Sequence record: SRR31156797_208
Length of the DNA: 64,000 nt
Strand: one strand, 5' to 3'
The notes beneath the pieces were generated by a model. The model had not been told where the DNA came from. It was given only the letters and a program-made list of their open reading frames with translations, and made no database searches. Made by a program: the position numbers and the translations under genes. This document shows, in pieces, positions 43,344 to 53,660 of the stretch; position 1 is the first letter of the stretch; every line of letters starts with the position of its first letter.

Positions 43344-43368
43344 TTGAACAGTTGGTCAAGTTTTTGCA
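43344..43368 (+). promoter_or_regulatory. RutR box overlapping a sigma54 promoter
   Basis: TTGAACAGTTGGTCAA (43344-43359) versus TTGACCA-N2-TGGTCAA; GG(43354-55)-N10-GC(43366-67). Confidence 0.8.
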
Positions 43369-43431
43369 TTTCGACTTTGCATAAAGAATAAAAATACTTA
43401 AGAAAATAAATAGAAAGGAATCTGCTCAACT

Positions 43432-44961
43432 ATGGAAACACCACTACTCGAGCTGTGGAACATCAGTAAATTTTTTCCCGGTGTCGTGGCAAATGACAAG
43501 GTTAATTTAAAACTTAACCAGGGGGAAATTCTTGCACTATTGGGAGAGAACGGTGCAGGTAAATCAACGTTAGTAAAAATGATCTACGGAGTGAATAGTC
43601 CAAGTGAAGGCGCGATTATGTGGAATAATCACGAAGTCACTATCAGCTCTCCAAACCAAGCCAGAGCAATGGGTATTGGCATGGTTTTTCAACATTTCTC
43701 TGTTTTCGAAACATTAACGGTATTCGAAAACATTCAATTGGGTCTGGACAAGGAGTTTCTGGATTCGGTCAGTGATTTAAAAAAACTGATTGTCGAAAAA
43801 AGCGAACAATACCAACTTCATGTCGACCCTGACCGTTACGTCCACAGTTTAAGTATTGGTGAAAGACAACGTGTAGAAATCCTACGCTGCCTGATCCAGG
43901 ACGTTAAACTGCTTATCCTTGATGAACCGACTTCCGTGCTGGCACCACAAGAAATCGAAGGTTTGTTTGAAGTGCTAAACCAACTTTCCAGCGAAGGCTG
44001 TGCAATTTTATTCATCAGTCACAAGCTGAAAGAAGTGACCGCTTTATGCCATCGCGCGGTCATCCTTCGCGGCGGTAAAGTGACAGGTGAATGCGATCCT
44101 AGCCAAGAAACACCAAACTCTATCGCTCGCATGATGGTCGGTGACGAAACTCAGCTTTCTGAAACCTACCCTAAAGTCGAAACCAATGAAGTATTGTTTA
44201 AAACCAACAATCTAAGCTTAACGCCATCACACCCATTTGGTTGTGGGTTGGAAAACGTCAACCTTCAACTTCGCGCAGGGGAAATCTACGGTCTTGCTGG
44301 GGTCGCGGGTAATGGTCAGGAAGACTTACTCGCCGTACTTAGTGGTGAAGACACGCGAAGTCACGCTAACAGCATTCAATGGCAAACACTGGACATTGGG
44401 AATTGGGATGCCGGCAAACGTCGCAAACTTGGCTTAGCCTACGTTCCTGCGAACCGTCTTGGCCAAGGTGCAGTGCCAGAAATGAGTTTGGAAGAAAATA
44501 CCCTGCTGACTCATTCAAGCAATCTAACCAACAAAGGTGTGATCAACTTTCCCAAGCTGAAACAGCTTGCCAAAGACCTTATCAGCCAAAATCAGGTGAA
44601 GTGTCGTAACGAAAATTCCCAGGCTAAAAGCCTCTCTGGCGGGAATCTACAGAAATTCATCATGGGACGTGAAGTGGCTCAACAACCGAAAGTATTAATC
44701 TGTGCCCACCCAACATGGGGGGTAGATATTGGAGCGGCGAGTGCCATTCACCGTCAACTGATTGCACTTCGTGATTCCGGCACGGCTGTACTGGTGGTTT
44801 CAGAAGATATCGACGAGCTGTTTGTTCTTTGCGACCGCTTGGCCGCTATCTACGAAGGCCAAGTATCCGAGTCTGTTAAAACTGCTGATACCTCCATTGA
44901 CCAAATTGGTGAATGGATTGCCGGTGGCTTTGTTTCTCAAGCGGAGGTGACACATGCTTAG
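43432..44961 (+). CDS. CUT2-type (purine/nucleoside) ABC ATPase with two NBDs
   Basis: GENGAGKST, LSIGERQRVE, LSGGNLQK, PTWGVDIGA. Confidence 0.92.
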   Translation: METPLLELWNISKFFPGVVANDKVNLKLNQGEILALLGENGAGKSTLVKMIYGVNSPSEGAIMWNNHEVTISSPNQARAMGIGMVFQHFSVFETLTVFENIQLGLDKEFLDSVSDLKKLIVEKSEQYQLHVDPDRYVHSLSIGERQRVEILRCLIQDVKLLILDEPTSVLAPQEIEGLFEVLNQLSSEGCAILFISHKLKEVTALCHRAVILRGGKVTGECDPSQETPNSIARMMVGDETQLSETYPKVETNEVLFKTNNLSLTPSHPFGCGLENVNLQLRAGEIYGLAGVAGNGQEDLLAVLSGEDTRSHANSIQWQTLDIGNWDAGKRRKLGLAYVPANRLGQGAVPEMSLEENTLLTHSSNLTNKGVINFPKLKQLAKDLISQNQVKCRNENSQAKSLSGGNLQKFIMGREVAQQPKVLICAHPTWGVDIGAASAIHRQLIALRDSGTAVLVVSEDIDELFVLCDRLAAIYEGQVSESVKTADTSIDQIGEWIAGGFVSQAEVTHA

Positions 44962-46060
44962 AGCCCAACCTCGCTTAGAAAGCTCAAAACTGATGTCATG
45001 GCTATCACCCTTTATTGCGGTGGCGTTAACCATGATGGTCTCCAGCCTGATGTTTGTCTGGCTGGATGTTTCTCCACTAAAAGCCTTTGAAGTTTTCGTC
45101 ATCATGCCATTCTCTGATGGCTATAACATTGGTGAACTGATCGTTAAGTCAACACCTTTGATGCTGTGTGCTATCGGCCTTGCATTGTGCTATCGCGCCA
45201 ACATGTGGAACATCGGTGCTGAAGGTCAACTCCTCATCGGCGCTGTTGCAAGTAGCGCGGTTGCTGTCACTGCAACCGAGGATGCTGGTTTTGGTACTTA
45301 CCTGCTCACCATTGGTGCAGGCGTTATCGCAGGCGCATTTTGGGCAGGCATTCCAACCTTCTTGAACCGTCGCTTTCATACCAACATTATTCTAACCACC
45401 ATCATGCTGAACTACATTGGTTTGTATATTCTATTATGGGCCGTCCATGGACCACTGCGAGATCCTTCCGGATTTGGCTTCCCAGAATCAGCCATGTTTG
45501 TTGATGCTGTAATGATGATGCCTTTATCCGATTCCGGTCGTGCAACTGTCTCTATCATTATTGCGATTGTTGTAGCGATTGCGGCTGGATTGATGCTGTT
45601 TAAAACCCTACCGGGGTTCAAACTACGCGTTATGGGCGCGGAACGTGATGCGGCTAAATACGCAGGATTCTCTGAAAACAAAGTCGTTTGGGCCGTGATG
45701 CTATTTGCGGGCGCAATGGCCGGTTTTGCTGGCGCTGCCGAAGTTATGGGTCCCATTGGTCAATTAGTTCCTTCGGTGTCACCCGGCTATGGCTATGCTG
45801 CCATTATTGTTGCTTACCTAGGTCGCTTAAACCCTATCGGTGTGATCATCGCAGCTCTGTTTATGGGGGCACTTTATATGGGAAGCGATCTGGCACAAAT
45901 TGAATTAGGACTGCCTACCGCAGTAACAGGTTTGTTCCAAGGAACACTGCTGTTTTTCTTACTCGCTTGCGATTTCTTGATTCACTACCGATTCGTCCCT
46001 AAACGCCCACTGCGTAAACCATCTGCAACCACACTTGTTAACGATAAAGGAGCCGCATAA
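44954..46060 (+). CDS. Purine/nucleoside ABC permease
   Basis: WNIGAEGQ, GYGYAAIIVAYLGRLNP. Confidence 0.9.
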   Translation: MLRAQPRLESSKLMSWLSPFIAVALTMMVSSLMFVWLDVSPLKAFEVFVIMPFSDGYNIGELIVKSTPLMLCAIGLALCYRANMWNIGAEGQLLIGAVASSAVAVTATEDAGFGTYLLTIGAGVIAGAFWAGIPTFLNRRFHTNIILTTIMLNYIGLYILLWAVHGPLRDPSGFGFPESAMFVDAVMMMPLSDSGRATVSIIIAIVVAIAAGLMLFKTLPGFKLRVMGAERDAAKYAGFSENKVVWAVMLFAGAMAGFAGAAEVMGPIGQLVPSVSPGYGYAAIIVAYLGRLNPIGVIIAALFMGALYMGSDLAQIELGLPTAVTGLFQGTLLFFLLACDFLIHYRFVPKRPLRKPSATTLVNDKGAA

Positions 46061-46989
46061 TGGATGCACTAATAATTCAGTCGCTGTTTATTGCGGCACT
46101 AAAGACTGGTACACCATTGCTGATCATCGCTCTAGGTGAACTGATTTGTGAAAAAACCGGAGTTTTGAATCTGGGTCAGGAAGGCATGATGCTGATGGGC
46201 GCGATGGCAGGTTTCGCTGGTGCGATGGTCTCTGGCAGCTTATTGGTTGGGGTACTTGTCGCCATGTTTGCCGGAATGATGATGGCTTGGCTGTTCGGTA
46301 TCTTAACGCTCACCCTAAGCTCAAATCAGGTTGCAACGGGTTTGGCTCTGACTATTTTTGGAACCGGCCTCAGTGCGTTTCTTGGTGGTAGCCTGGTTGG
46401 TAACACCATTGATGGGTTCAAACCTATTGCGATTCCATTGCTGAGTGATATTCCGTTTATCGGTCCACTGTTGTTTAACCACGATATCTTAGTTTATTCC
46501 AGCTTCATTTTGGTTGCCGTCGCTTGGTGGGCGCTACATAAAACCCGCATAGGTCTTATTATTCGTGCCGTTGGCGAGAACCCACATTCAGCAAACGCTT
46601 TGGGTATCAAAGTAATTAAAGTGCGTTACATGGTCACCCTTTTAGGCGGCGCGTTTGCGGGCTTAGCTGGTGCCTATATGTCACTTTCGTATACACCAAT
46701 GTGGATGGAGAATATGACAGCGGGAAGAGGCTGGATTGCCCTTGCGCTGGTCGTGTTCGCATCATGGAGAATTGGTTACCTTGTGTTAGGTGCTTACCTA
46801 TTTGGTTTTACCTCAATCATGCACCTAATGATGCAAGGTGCGGGTATCGATATTTCACCTAACCTACTTGCGATGACGCCTTATGTTGCGACTATTGTCG
46901 TCATGGTACTTCTCAGCTCGAATGAGTTACGTCAAAAACTGGCGACACCGATGAGCTTAGGCAAACCATTTGATCCAAAACGTCACTAA
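46060..46989 (+). CDS. Purine/nucleoside ABC permease
   Basis: GVLNLGQEGMM, RAVGENP, AGRGWIALALVVF. Confidence 0.9.
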   Translation: MDALIIQSLFIAALKTGTPLLIIALGELICEKTGVLNLGQEGMMLMGAMAGFAGAMVSGSLLVGVLVAMFAGMMMAWLFGILTLTLSSNQVATGLALTIFGTGLSAFLGGSLVGNTIDGFKPIAIPLLSDIPFIGPLLFNHDILVYSSFILVAVAWWALHKTRIGLIIRAVGENPHSANALGIKVIKVRYMVTLLGGAFAGLAGAYMSLSYTPMWMENMTAGRGWIALALVVFASWRIGYLVLGAYLFGFTSIMHLMMQGAGIDISPNLLAMTPYVATIVVMVLLSSNELRQKLATPMSLGKPFDPKRH

Positions 46990-46995
46990 CCAATC

Positions 46996-47027
46996 AAACA
47001 TCAGCTCTGATCACAGGGCTGATGTTT
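46996..47027 (+). terminator. Hairpin/terminator after the permeases
   Basis: AAACATCAGCTCTG-ATCA-CAGGGCTGATGTTT. Confidence 0.65.
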
Positions 47028-47037
47028 CCCAACCTAT

Positions 47038-47086
47038 CGCATCATTGTGGTGCATCTTGTATACAATGCAGCACCATTATAAATCA
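47038..47086. promoter_or_regulatory. NtrC-like boxes upstream of the BMP gene
   Basis: CGCATCATTGTGGTGCA (47038-47054, strong) and AGCACCATTATAAATCA (47070-47086, half-site). Confidence 0.65.
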
Positions 47087-47195
47087 TCGACTTAAATCCC
47101 CTCACCCAACTATTGCTCGGCATACCAATCATAACGATTAACCATCCCTTTATTCACAATGGTTCTGAACCGATATAAAGATTATTTTTCAAAAT

Positions 47196-47220
47196 ACGAC
47201 CAGTTGGTCAACTTTTTGCT
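47196..47220 (+). promoter_or_regulatory. RutR box overlapping a sigma54 promoter
   Basis: ACGACCAGTTGGTCAA (47196-47211); GG(47206-07)-N10-GC(47218-19). Confidence 0.78.
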
Positions 47221-47291
47221 AACACATTATTAATAGGCGTGTTGCACAACAACTCTCTATACAAACAACAAAATTGAAAACGGAGAATTTC

Positions 47292-48368
47292 ATGAAATTA
47301 AATCAGTGGATGACAGTCGCTGCACTATCAGTGTCAGCAGTATTTTCAACATCAACACTGGCTGACGACCCAATGAAAGTTGGTTTTGTGTATGTTGGCC
47401 CTGTGGGAGACCATGGCTGGAGCTACGAGCATGACCAAGGTCGTCTTGAGATGGAGAAATATTTCGACGGAAAAGTAAAAACGACTTTCGTTGAAAATGT
47501 TCCGGAAGGTGCCGATGCAGAGCGCGTGATTACTCAGCTTGCAAAATCCGGAAACGACGTCATTTTTACCACCTCTTTTGGCTTTATGAACCCAACAGCT
47601 AAAGCTGCAAAACGTTTCCCGAAAGTGACGTTCGAGCACGCGACTGGCTACAAAATGTCGAAAAACCTAGGTACTTATGTACTGCGTACTTATGAAGGCC
47701 GTTATGTGTCCGGTGTTGCTGCTGGTATGGCAACGAAAACCGACACGCTAGGTTACATCGCAACATTCCCAATTCCTGAAGTTATCCGCGATATCAACGC
47801 AACATACTTGGGCGCAAAAAGTGTAAACCCGGACATCAAACTGAAAATCGTATGGGTAAATACTTGGTACGATCCAGGCAAAGAGTCTGATGCAGCGAAC
47901 GCTTTGATGGACCAAGGCGCAGATATCATCATCCAGCATACAGATAGCCCTGCTCCACTCATCGCAGCGGAAAAGCGTGGCATGATGGGTATCGGCCAAG
48001 CTTCAGATATGAGCCACTTTGCTCCTAAAGCGCACATGTTCTCAGTACGTGATCACTGGGCACCACACTACATCAAAACCGTTCAAGCGGTTATGGATGG
48101 CACTTGGAAATCATCAGACTACTGGGGTGGTCTAAAAGATGAGTTGCTACAAATTGTCGCGGTTAACCCAAGCCTTCCAGAAGATATCAAAAGTGCGATT
48201 TCTTCAACAGAAGCTAAAATTATCTCAGGAGACATCGTTCCATTTACAGGACCGATGAAAGATAACCAAGGTAAAGAAGTGATACCTGCGGGTCATTCTC
48301 TAACTGACAAGGAACTCGCAGCAGTTAACTGGTACGTAGAAGGTATCGACGCGAAAATTCCAAACTAA
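47292..48368 (+). CDS. BMP-family purine-binding periplasmic protein
   Basis: Signal peptide, VGFVYVGPVGDHGW, TTSFGFM, WVNTWYDP, QHTDS. Confidence 0.92.
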   Translation: MKLNQWMTVAALSVSAVFSTSTLADDPMKVGFVYVGPVGDHGWSYEHDQGRLEMEKYFDGKVKTTFVENVPEGADAERVITQLAKSGNDVIFTTSFGFMNPTAKAAKRFPKVTFEHATGYKMSKNLGTYVLRTYEGRYVSGVAAGMATKTDTLGYIATFPIPEVIRDINATYLGAKSVNPDIKLKIVWVNTWYDPGKESDAANALMDQGADIIIQHTDSPAPLIAAEKRGMMGIGQASDMSHFAPKAHMFSVRDHWAPHYIKTVQAVMDGTWKSSDYWGGLKDELLQIVAVNPSLPEDIKSAISSTEAKIISGDIVPFTGPMKDNQGKEVIPAGHSLTDKELAAVNWYVEGIDAKIPN

Positions 48369-48375
48369 GATCGTC

Positions 48376-48415
48376 GAGACTCGTGTACCTGCTCACGGTA
48401 CACGAGTCTTTTTTT
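48376..48415 (+). terminator. Intrinsic terminator after the BMP gene
   Basis: AGACTCGTGTACC-N7-GGTACACGAGTCT followed by a T run. Confidence 0.85.
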
Positions 48416-48425
48416 AACCAATTAG

Positions 48426-48441
48426 TTGACCAAATGGACAA
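48426..48441. promoter_or_regulatory. RutR box upstream of xdhA
   Basis: TTGACCAAATGGACAA, one mismatch from consensus. Confidence 0.75.
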
Positions 48442-48535
48442 GTTTAAAAATAACAAAAATAAGTAACTCGAACTCACTGTGACTGGAGCCAAATCAACTG
48501 GCTGTATGAGTAATGAGTAAGAGAGAGAGGAAGTT

Positions 48536-49948
48536 ATGCTAGAGCTAATGCTAAACGGCGAAGTCGTTAAAGTGGATTCTGCCAAAGCAGATACCATGCT
48601 ATTGAACTACTTACGCGAACAGAGACAGATGACGGGCTCTAAAGAAGGGTGTGCGAGCGGCGACTGCGGTGCGTGTACCGTTGTTGTTGCCAGCCAACAA
48701 AAAGATCAAAGCCTTAGCTACCGTCAAATCAATGCGTGTATTACACCAATTCATTCATTACACGGTAAACATGTGATTACCGTGGAACATCTAAAACAGG
48801 CCAATGCGCTTCATCCTATTCAACAGATAGTCGTTGATAAGCACGGTACTCAGTGTGGTTTTTGTACCCCCGGTTTCGTCATGTCTCTTTATGCGCTATC
48901 AAAGCAAACTGATATGCCAGAACACCCAGCGGATTTTTTAGCCGGTAACTTGTGTCGTTGTACCGGTTACGGGCCACTGATTGATGCTGCAATCACTATC
49001 GCTAAAGATAAGATCGAAGATCCTCTCAGTGCTGAAGAGCAAACCGTTAAGCAATGGATGAGTACCGTTCAGCCGATGGAAAGCACCACCTACTTTAAAC
49101 CGACCAATCGTAAAGCGTTGGCCAGTGCGATTGCCTTGCACCCTGAAGCAAAATTGATTGCTGGTGGTACTGATTTATCTTTGGAAGTCACTCAGCAACT
49201 GAAGTCTCTGCCAGAGCTTATTGATATCTCAGCCGTTGATGACTTATTAGAAATCAGTGAAACCACTTCGGGCTGGCGTATTGGCGCAGCAGTACCAATG
49301 AACATCGTTCATGAATTCATGAAACAGAACTTTCCATCCACCGATGAAGTCATTGAACGTTTGGGAAGTTTAACCATTCGTCACCGAGCGACATTAGGTG
49401 GCAGCTTAGGCCACGCCTCACCTATCGGCGATATCGCCCCACTGTTAATGAGCATGAATGGACGCATTGAGCTTGACGATGGTGAAACGAAAACATTCTA
49501 TGCTCCAGAAGATTACATTACCGGCTACCGTGAAACATTGATCAAACCCAATCAGTGGATCAGTGCTATTCACCTACCTCGTTTAGCTCCTAACCAACAC
49601 CATGCTATCTACAAAGTGAGCAAACGTTATGAAGATGATATCGCGACCGTCACTCTCGGTATCAACATGACGATTGATTCAGATAAACGGGTAAAAACTT
49701 GCATCATTTCCGCAGGGGGCGTGGCAGCAAAATCCGTTCGACTGTTTGAGTTAGAAAAAGTATTTATCGGCCGCCCGCTTACCCAACCGGTTGTTCGTAG
49801 CGCTCGTAATAAAGTCGCAGAAGTCATCCAACCTCTAAGCGACGTTCGAGGTTCAGCCGAGTACCGAGTAAAACTGGTACAAAACCTGCTGCAACGCTTT
49901 TATCTGGAATCACAACACGTTGAAACAAGGTTGGTGCAACATGCGTAA
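48536..49948 (+). CDS. xdhA: Xanthine dehydrogenase small subunit (2Fe-2S/FAD)
   Basis: KEGCASGDCGAC, QCGFCTPGF, GNLCRCTGY, AGGTD, YKVSKRYEDDI. Confidence 0.95.
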   Translation: MLELMLNGEVVKVDSAKADTMLLNYLREQRQMTGSKEGCASGDCGACTVVVASQQKDQSLSYRQINACITPIHSLHGKHVITVEHLKQANALHPIQQIVVDKHGTQCGFCTPGFVMSLYALSKQTDMPEHPADFLAGNLCRCTGYGPLIDAAITIAKDKIEDPLSAEEQTVKQWMSTVQPMESTTYFKPTNRKALASAIALHPEAKLIAGGTDLSLEVTQQLKSLPELIDISAVDDLLEISETTSGWRIGAAVPMNIVHEFMKQNFPSTDEVIERLGSLTIRHRATLGGSLGHASPIGDIAPLLMSMNGRIELDDGETKTFYAPEDYITGYRETLIKPNQWISAIHLPRLAPNQHHAIYKVSKRYEDDIATVTLGINMTIDSDKRVKTCIISAGGVAAKSVRLFELEKVFIGRPLTQPVVRSARNKVAEVIQPLSDVRGSAEYRVKLVQNLLQRFYLESQHVETRLVQHA

Positions 49949-52307
49949 ATTAACATCGGTTGAAACCGCTGCCGTTTCACAGCAACCCACAAAAGGCATC
50001 GTTGGTTCTTCTCAAAAACACGAAAGTGCAAACAAGCAAGTCAGTGGTGAAGCGCTTTTTGTCGATGATTACGCGACACCAAGAGGTTGTCTGCACGCTG
50101 CTGTGGTTATTGCCTCTATCGCGAAAGGCAAAATTACTAATATGGATCTGTCTGCGGTTGAGCAGGCAGACGGCGTAGTGAAAGTTCTGACAGCCGATGC
50201 CATTCCCGGCGAAAAAGATATCGGTACCATATTCAAAGGCGATCCACTACTCACCATTGATGACGAAATTCGTTATTTTGGTCAGCCTATCGCCCTAGTG
50301 CTGGCCACCAGTCATGACCAAGCCTGGAAAGCCGCACGTCTTGCTTCCGTTGAATACAATCAGGAAGCCGTCGTTTTAAGTCACGAAAATGCCAGCGAAC
50401 TGCTACCGACTCATCAAATGGGTAAACACGTTGAAAGAAGTGTGTTTGAAAGCGCCGATATTTCTATCGACAGTGATATGCATGTGGGTGGTCAGGAACA
50501 CTTCTACTTAGAAAGTCAGGTTAGCCTTGCTGAGTTAACGGAAGATGGCGGTATTTATATTCGTTCTTCAACACAAAACCCGACAGAAATTCAAAAGCTG
50601 GTTGCTGAAGTTTTACATATCGATTTTAACCGTGTGACGGTTGATATGCGTCGCATGGGCGGAGGCTTCGGTGGTAAAGAGAGTCAAGCAGCACAATGGG
50701 CTTGTCTGGCATCACTGGGGACTTTCCATACTAAACGGGCGGTTAAAATTCGTCTTCCTCGTAGCATTGACATGACTGCGACGGGTAAACGTCATCCGTT
50801 CTACAACCGCTATCAAATTGCGGCCAACAAACAAGGCGAAATCATCGCAGCAGATATTCAGGTTAACGGTATTTGTGGCCACTCTCCTGATCTTTCTGAT
50901 GCTATTGTCGACCGTGCTATGTTCCATGCCGATAATGCGTACTTTTTAGGTAATGTCTGCATCGAAGGTAACCGCTTAAAAACCGATATGGTTTCACATA
51001 CCGCTTATCGCGGCTTCGGTGGTCCTCAGGGTATGATCGTTATTGAGAAGGCGATGGAAGAGCTTGCGCTTGCAGCAGGGCAAGACCCACTCGACATTCG
51101 TCTTAAGAACTTATATCGAGCAGGAAAAAACGTCACACCTTACGGCATGCAGGTCGATCAACACGCTTCCATGCTGGAAATCATGCAACAGCTTGAGAAA
51201 AGCAGCGACTACAGAGCTCGTCGCGAACAAATCAACCAGTGGAACAAAACTCATCCTGTTCTAAAGAAAGGGTTATCACTTACACCGATTAAATTCGGTA
51301 TCGCATTTACTGCAACTCACCTCAATCAGGCAGGTGCGCTGCTACATGTGTACACCGACGGTACAATGCAGGTGTCACACGGTGGTACTGAAATGGGTCA
51401 AGGCTTACATACCAAGATTGGCCAAATTATTGCTCAAACGTTCGGTGTCTCCCTTGATAAAGTTCTGGTGACATCCACCCGAACGGATAAGGTGCCAAAC
51501 ACCTCCCCTACCGCGGCTTCTTCTGGTGCCGATCTTAACGGGATGGCGGCACACAAAGCCGCATTGGAGATTAAACAACGTCTGCTTGATTTTGCACGTA
51601 GCCACTACGGCGTCGATGATTTAGAGATTGAAAACGGTGAGCTGGTTGGCGTAAAAGAAACCGTAACCTGGGCGCAATTGGTACAGAAAGCTTATATGGC
51701 TCGAGTATCGCTTTCCGCTACAGGTTTCTACCAAACGCCGAAAATCGGTTACGACCGTGAAACCGCGACTGGTCATCCATTCTTCTATTTCTCTTTAGGC
51801 GCTTCATGCTCTGAAGTGACCATCGATACTCTGACCGGTGAGATGGTTGTTGATCGTGTGGATATTATTCACGATGTGGGTAACAGCCTTAATCCAGCCA
51901 TCGACCGAGGCCAGATAGAAGGTGCATTTGTCCAAGGCTTAGGCTGGCTCACCACCGAAGAACTTGTGTGGCATGAAGATGGACGCCTGTTAAGCAATAG
52001 TCCGATGAACTACAAAATTCCGACTATTGGCGACTACCCAAAACAGATGACCGTCGAACTGTACGAAAAAGCCAACCCTGAACACAGTATCTACCGTTCA
52101 AAAGCGATTGGTGAGCCGCCATTCATGCACGGTATTAGTGTTTGGTGTGCAGCGTATGATGCCGTGGCTTCAATCAGCGGACACAAGCACGCGCCAGAAC
52201 TTCATGCGCCAGCGACCGGTGAAGCGATTCTAGATGCTTGTGAAAAGCAATTTGAATGGTTGGAAAAAGCGGCTGTTAAGGAGGTTGACGATGTCATCGC
52301 CGAATAA
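49941..52307 (+). CDS. xdhB: Xanthine dehydrogenase molybdopterin subunit
   Basis: GGQEHFYLE, RRMGGGFGGKESQ, AYRGFGGPQG, SKAIGEPP. Confidence 0.96.
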   Translation: MRKLTSVETAAVSQQPTKGIVGSSQKHESANKQVSGEALFVDDYATPRGCLHAAVVIASIAKGKITNMDLSAVEQADGVVKVLTADAIPGEKDIGTIFKGDPLLTIDDEIRYFGQPIALVLATSHDQAWKAARLASVEYNQEAVVLSHENASELLPTHQMGKHVERSVFESADISIDSDMHVGGQEHFYLESQVSLAELTEDGGIYIRSSTQNPTEIQKLVAEVLHIDFNRVTVDMRRMGGGFGGKESQAAQWACLASLGTFHTKRAVKIRLPRSIDMTATGKRHPFYNRYQIAANKQGEIIAADIQVNGICGHSPDLSDAIVDRAMFHADNAYFLGNVCIEGNRLKTDMVSHTAYRGFGGPQGMIVIEKAMEELALAAGQDPLDIRLKNLYRAGKNVTPYGMQVDQHASMLEIMQQLEKSSDYRARREQINQWNKTHPVLKKGLSLTPIKFGIAFTATHLNQAGALLHVYTDGTMQVSHGGTEMGQGLHTKIGQIIAQTFGVSLDKVLVTSTRTDKVPNTSPTAASSGADLNGMAAHKAALEIKQRLLDFARSHYGVDDLEIENGELVGVKETVTWAQLVQKAYMARVSLSATGFYQTPKIGYDRETATGHPFFYFSLGASCSEVTIDTLTGEMVVDRVDIIHDVGNSLNPAIDRGQIEGAFVQGLGWLTTEELVWHEDGRLLSNSPMNYKIPTIGDYPKQMTVELYEKANPEHSIYRSKAIGEPPFMHGISVWCAAYDAVASISGHKHAPELHAPATGEAILDACEKQFEWLEKAAVKEVDDVIAE

Positions 52308-53169
52308 TCGCTTTCTGACAAACCCAAGTATGCCTTGGTTACAAGCGTGCCAAATGCTGGAACAGCAAGGAGAAGCATACTGTATTGCTACTGTTGTCGC
52401 TTATGTGGGATCCGTACCGCGGGCGAGCGGAGCCAAAATGGTGATCACTGAGGCGTGTCAATTTGACACCCTTGGTGGTGGCAACCTTGAATATCAAGTT
52501 ATAGCTCAAGCTCGTGAAGGCTTAACCTCAAACCACAGCCAAGTTGCTATTGAGCGTTTTTCACTGTCTGCGGATCTGGGACAATGTTGTGGTGGTGCGG
52601 TACAAGTGATGTTTGAGTACTTTCATACTCAAACGCCACAAGTGGTGATTTTTGGTGCTGGTCATGTATGTCAGGCTCTGACAACTGTGCTAAACGAGCT
52701 GCCTTGTCGTATCAAAGTCGTCGACAGCCGCAATGAATGGTTGATTCCTTTGCAGGAAAAAGGCGTTGATGTTGAACGGATTGATAACCCAACTGACGCC
52801 ATCTCTCACCTTCCCAGCAACGCCTATCTGATCGTAATGACACAAGATCACGGTTTAGATTTCGAAGTGACTCGCCTGGCATTAGAGGAGAACCGTTTCG
52901 CCTTTGTTGGGCTCATTGGTTCTCAGGGTAAAAAACAACGATTTGAGTTTCGCCTGCAAGAGCAACTTTCCGATAAAACGTTGCTGAACAATCTTACGTG
53001 CCCCATTGGTCACCCAGACATTCAGGGCAAACTACCGATGCAAGTCGCCGTATCAGTGAGCGCACAACTTATCGGACTTTTTCAAGAACATAATCAGTCA
53101 CAGCAAGTGAACGAAATGCAATGGAAGCAAGCAAATCAGGCACGAATTGCGCTAAAGGAAGAGAAGTAA
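52291..53169 (+). CDS. xdhC: Xanthine dehydrogenase accessory protein
   Basis: GSVPR, TLGGGNLE, LGQCCGG, FGAGHV, GLIGS; AAGGAGG SD. Confidence 0.93.
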   Translation: MSSPNNRFLTNPSMPWLQACQMLEQQGEAYCIATVVAYVGSVPRASGAKMVITEACQFDTLGGGNLEYQVIAQAREGLTSNHSQVAIERFSLSADLGQCCGGAVQVMFEYFHTQTPQVVIFGAGHVCQALTTVLNELPCRIKVVDSRNEWLIPLQEKGVDVERIDNPTDAISHLPSNAYLIVMTQDHGLDFEVTRLALEENRFAFVGLIGSQGKKQRFEFRLQEQLSDKTLLNNLTCPIGHPDIQGKLPMQVAVSVSAQLIGLFQEHNQSQQVNEMQWKQANQARIALKEEK

Positions 53170-53660
53170 TGACCACAACGAAAACCAGCCTTGAACTGGA
53201 TGATCAACAACTCGCGAGAATCTGCACCAGTAAAACATGGATACAGTCGGTGAAATCAAACATGCCTTTGGGTTCATTCTCTGATTTACAAACGGCATCT
53301 GACAACGCTTTTAAACTGCTGGACGAACAAGATTGGTTAGAAGCGTTCGCAGGTCACCCTATGATTGGTGATCTTTCCAGCCTGCAAAAAAAATACGCGC
53401 AAGGCAAAGCTCTCAGTGAGAAAGAACAGGGAGAAGTAAAACACGCTTCAACAGAAACACTTCAAGAGCTGTTGTCTCTAAACCAAGCTTATGTTGAAAA
53501 GTTTGGCTTCATCTTCATCGTCTGTGCCACCAATAAAAGTGCCGACGAGATGCTCACAATGCTAAAAGCACGCATTAGCCGTACTCGTGAACAGGAGTTA
53601 CAGCAAGCCGCCATCGAACAACAAAAAATCAGCCAAATAAGAATGGAAGCCTATTTATGA
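53169..53660 (+). CDS. uraD: OHCU decarboxylase
   Basis: AFAGHPMIG, SEKEQ, YVEKFGFIFIVCA, EQQKI. Confidence 0.92.
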   Translation: MTTTKTSLELDDQQLARICTSKTWIQSVKSNMPLGSFSDLQTASDNAFKLLDEQDWLEAFAGHPMIGDLSSLQKKYAQGKALSEKEQGEVKHASTETLQELLSLNQAYVEKFGFIFIVCATNKSADEMLTMLKARISRTREQELQQAAIEQQKISQIRMEAYL

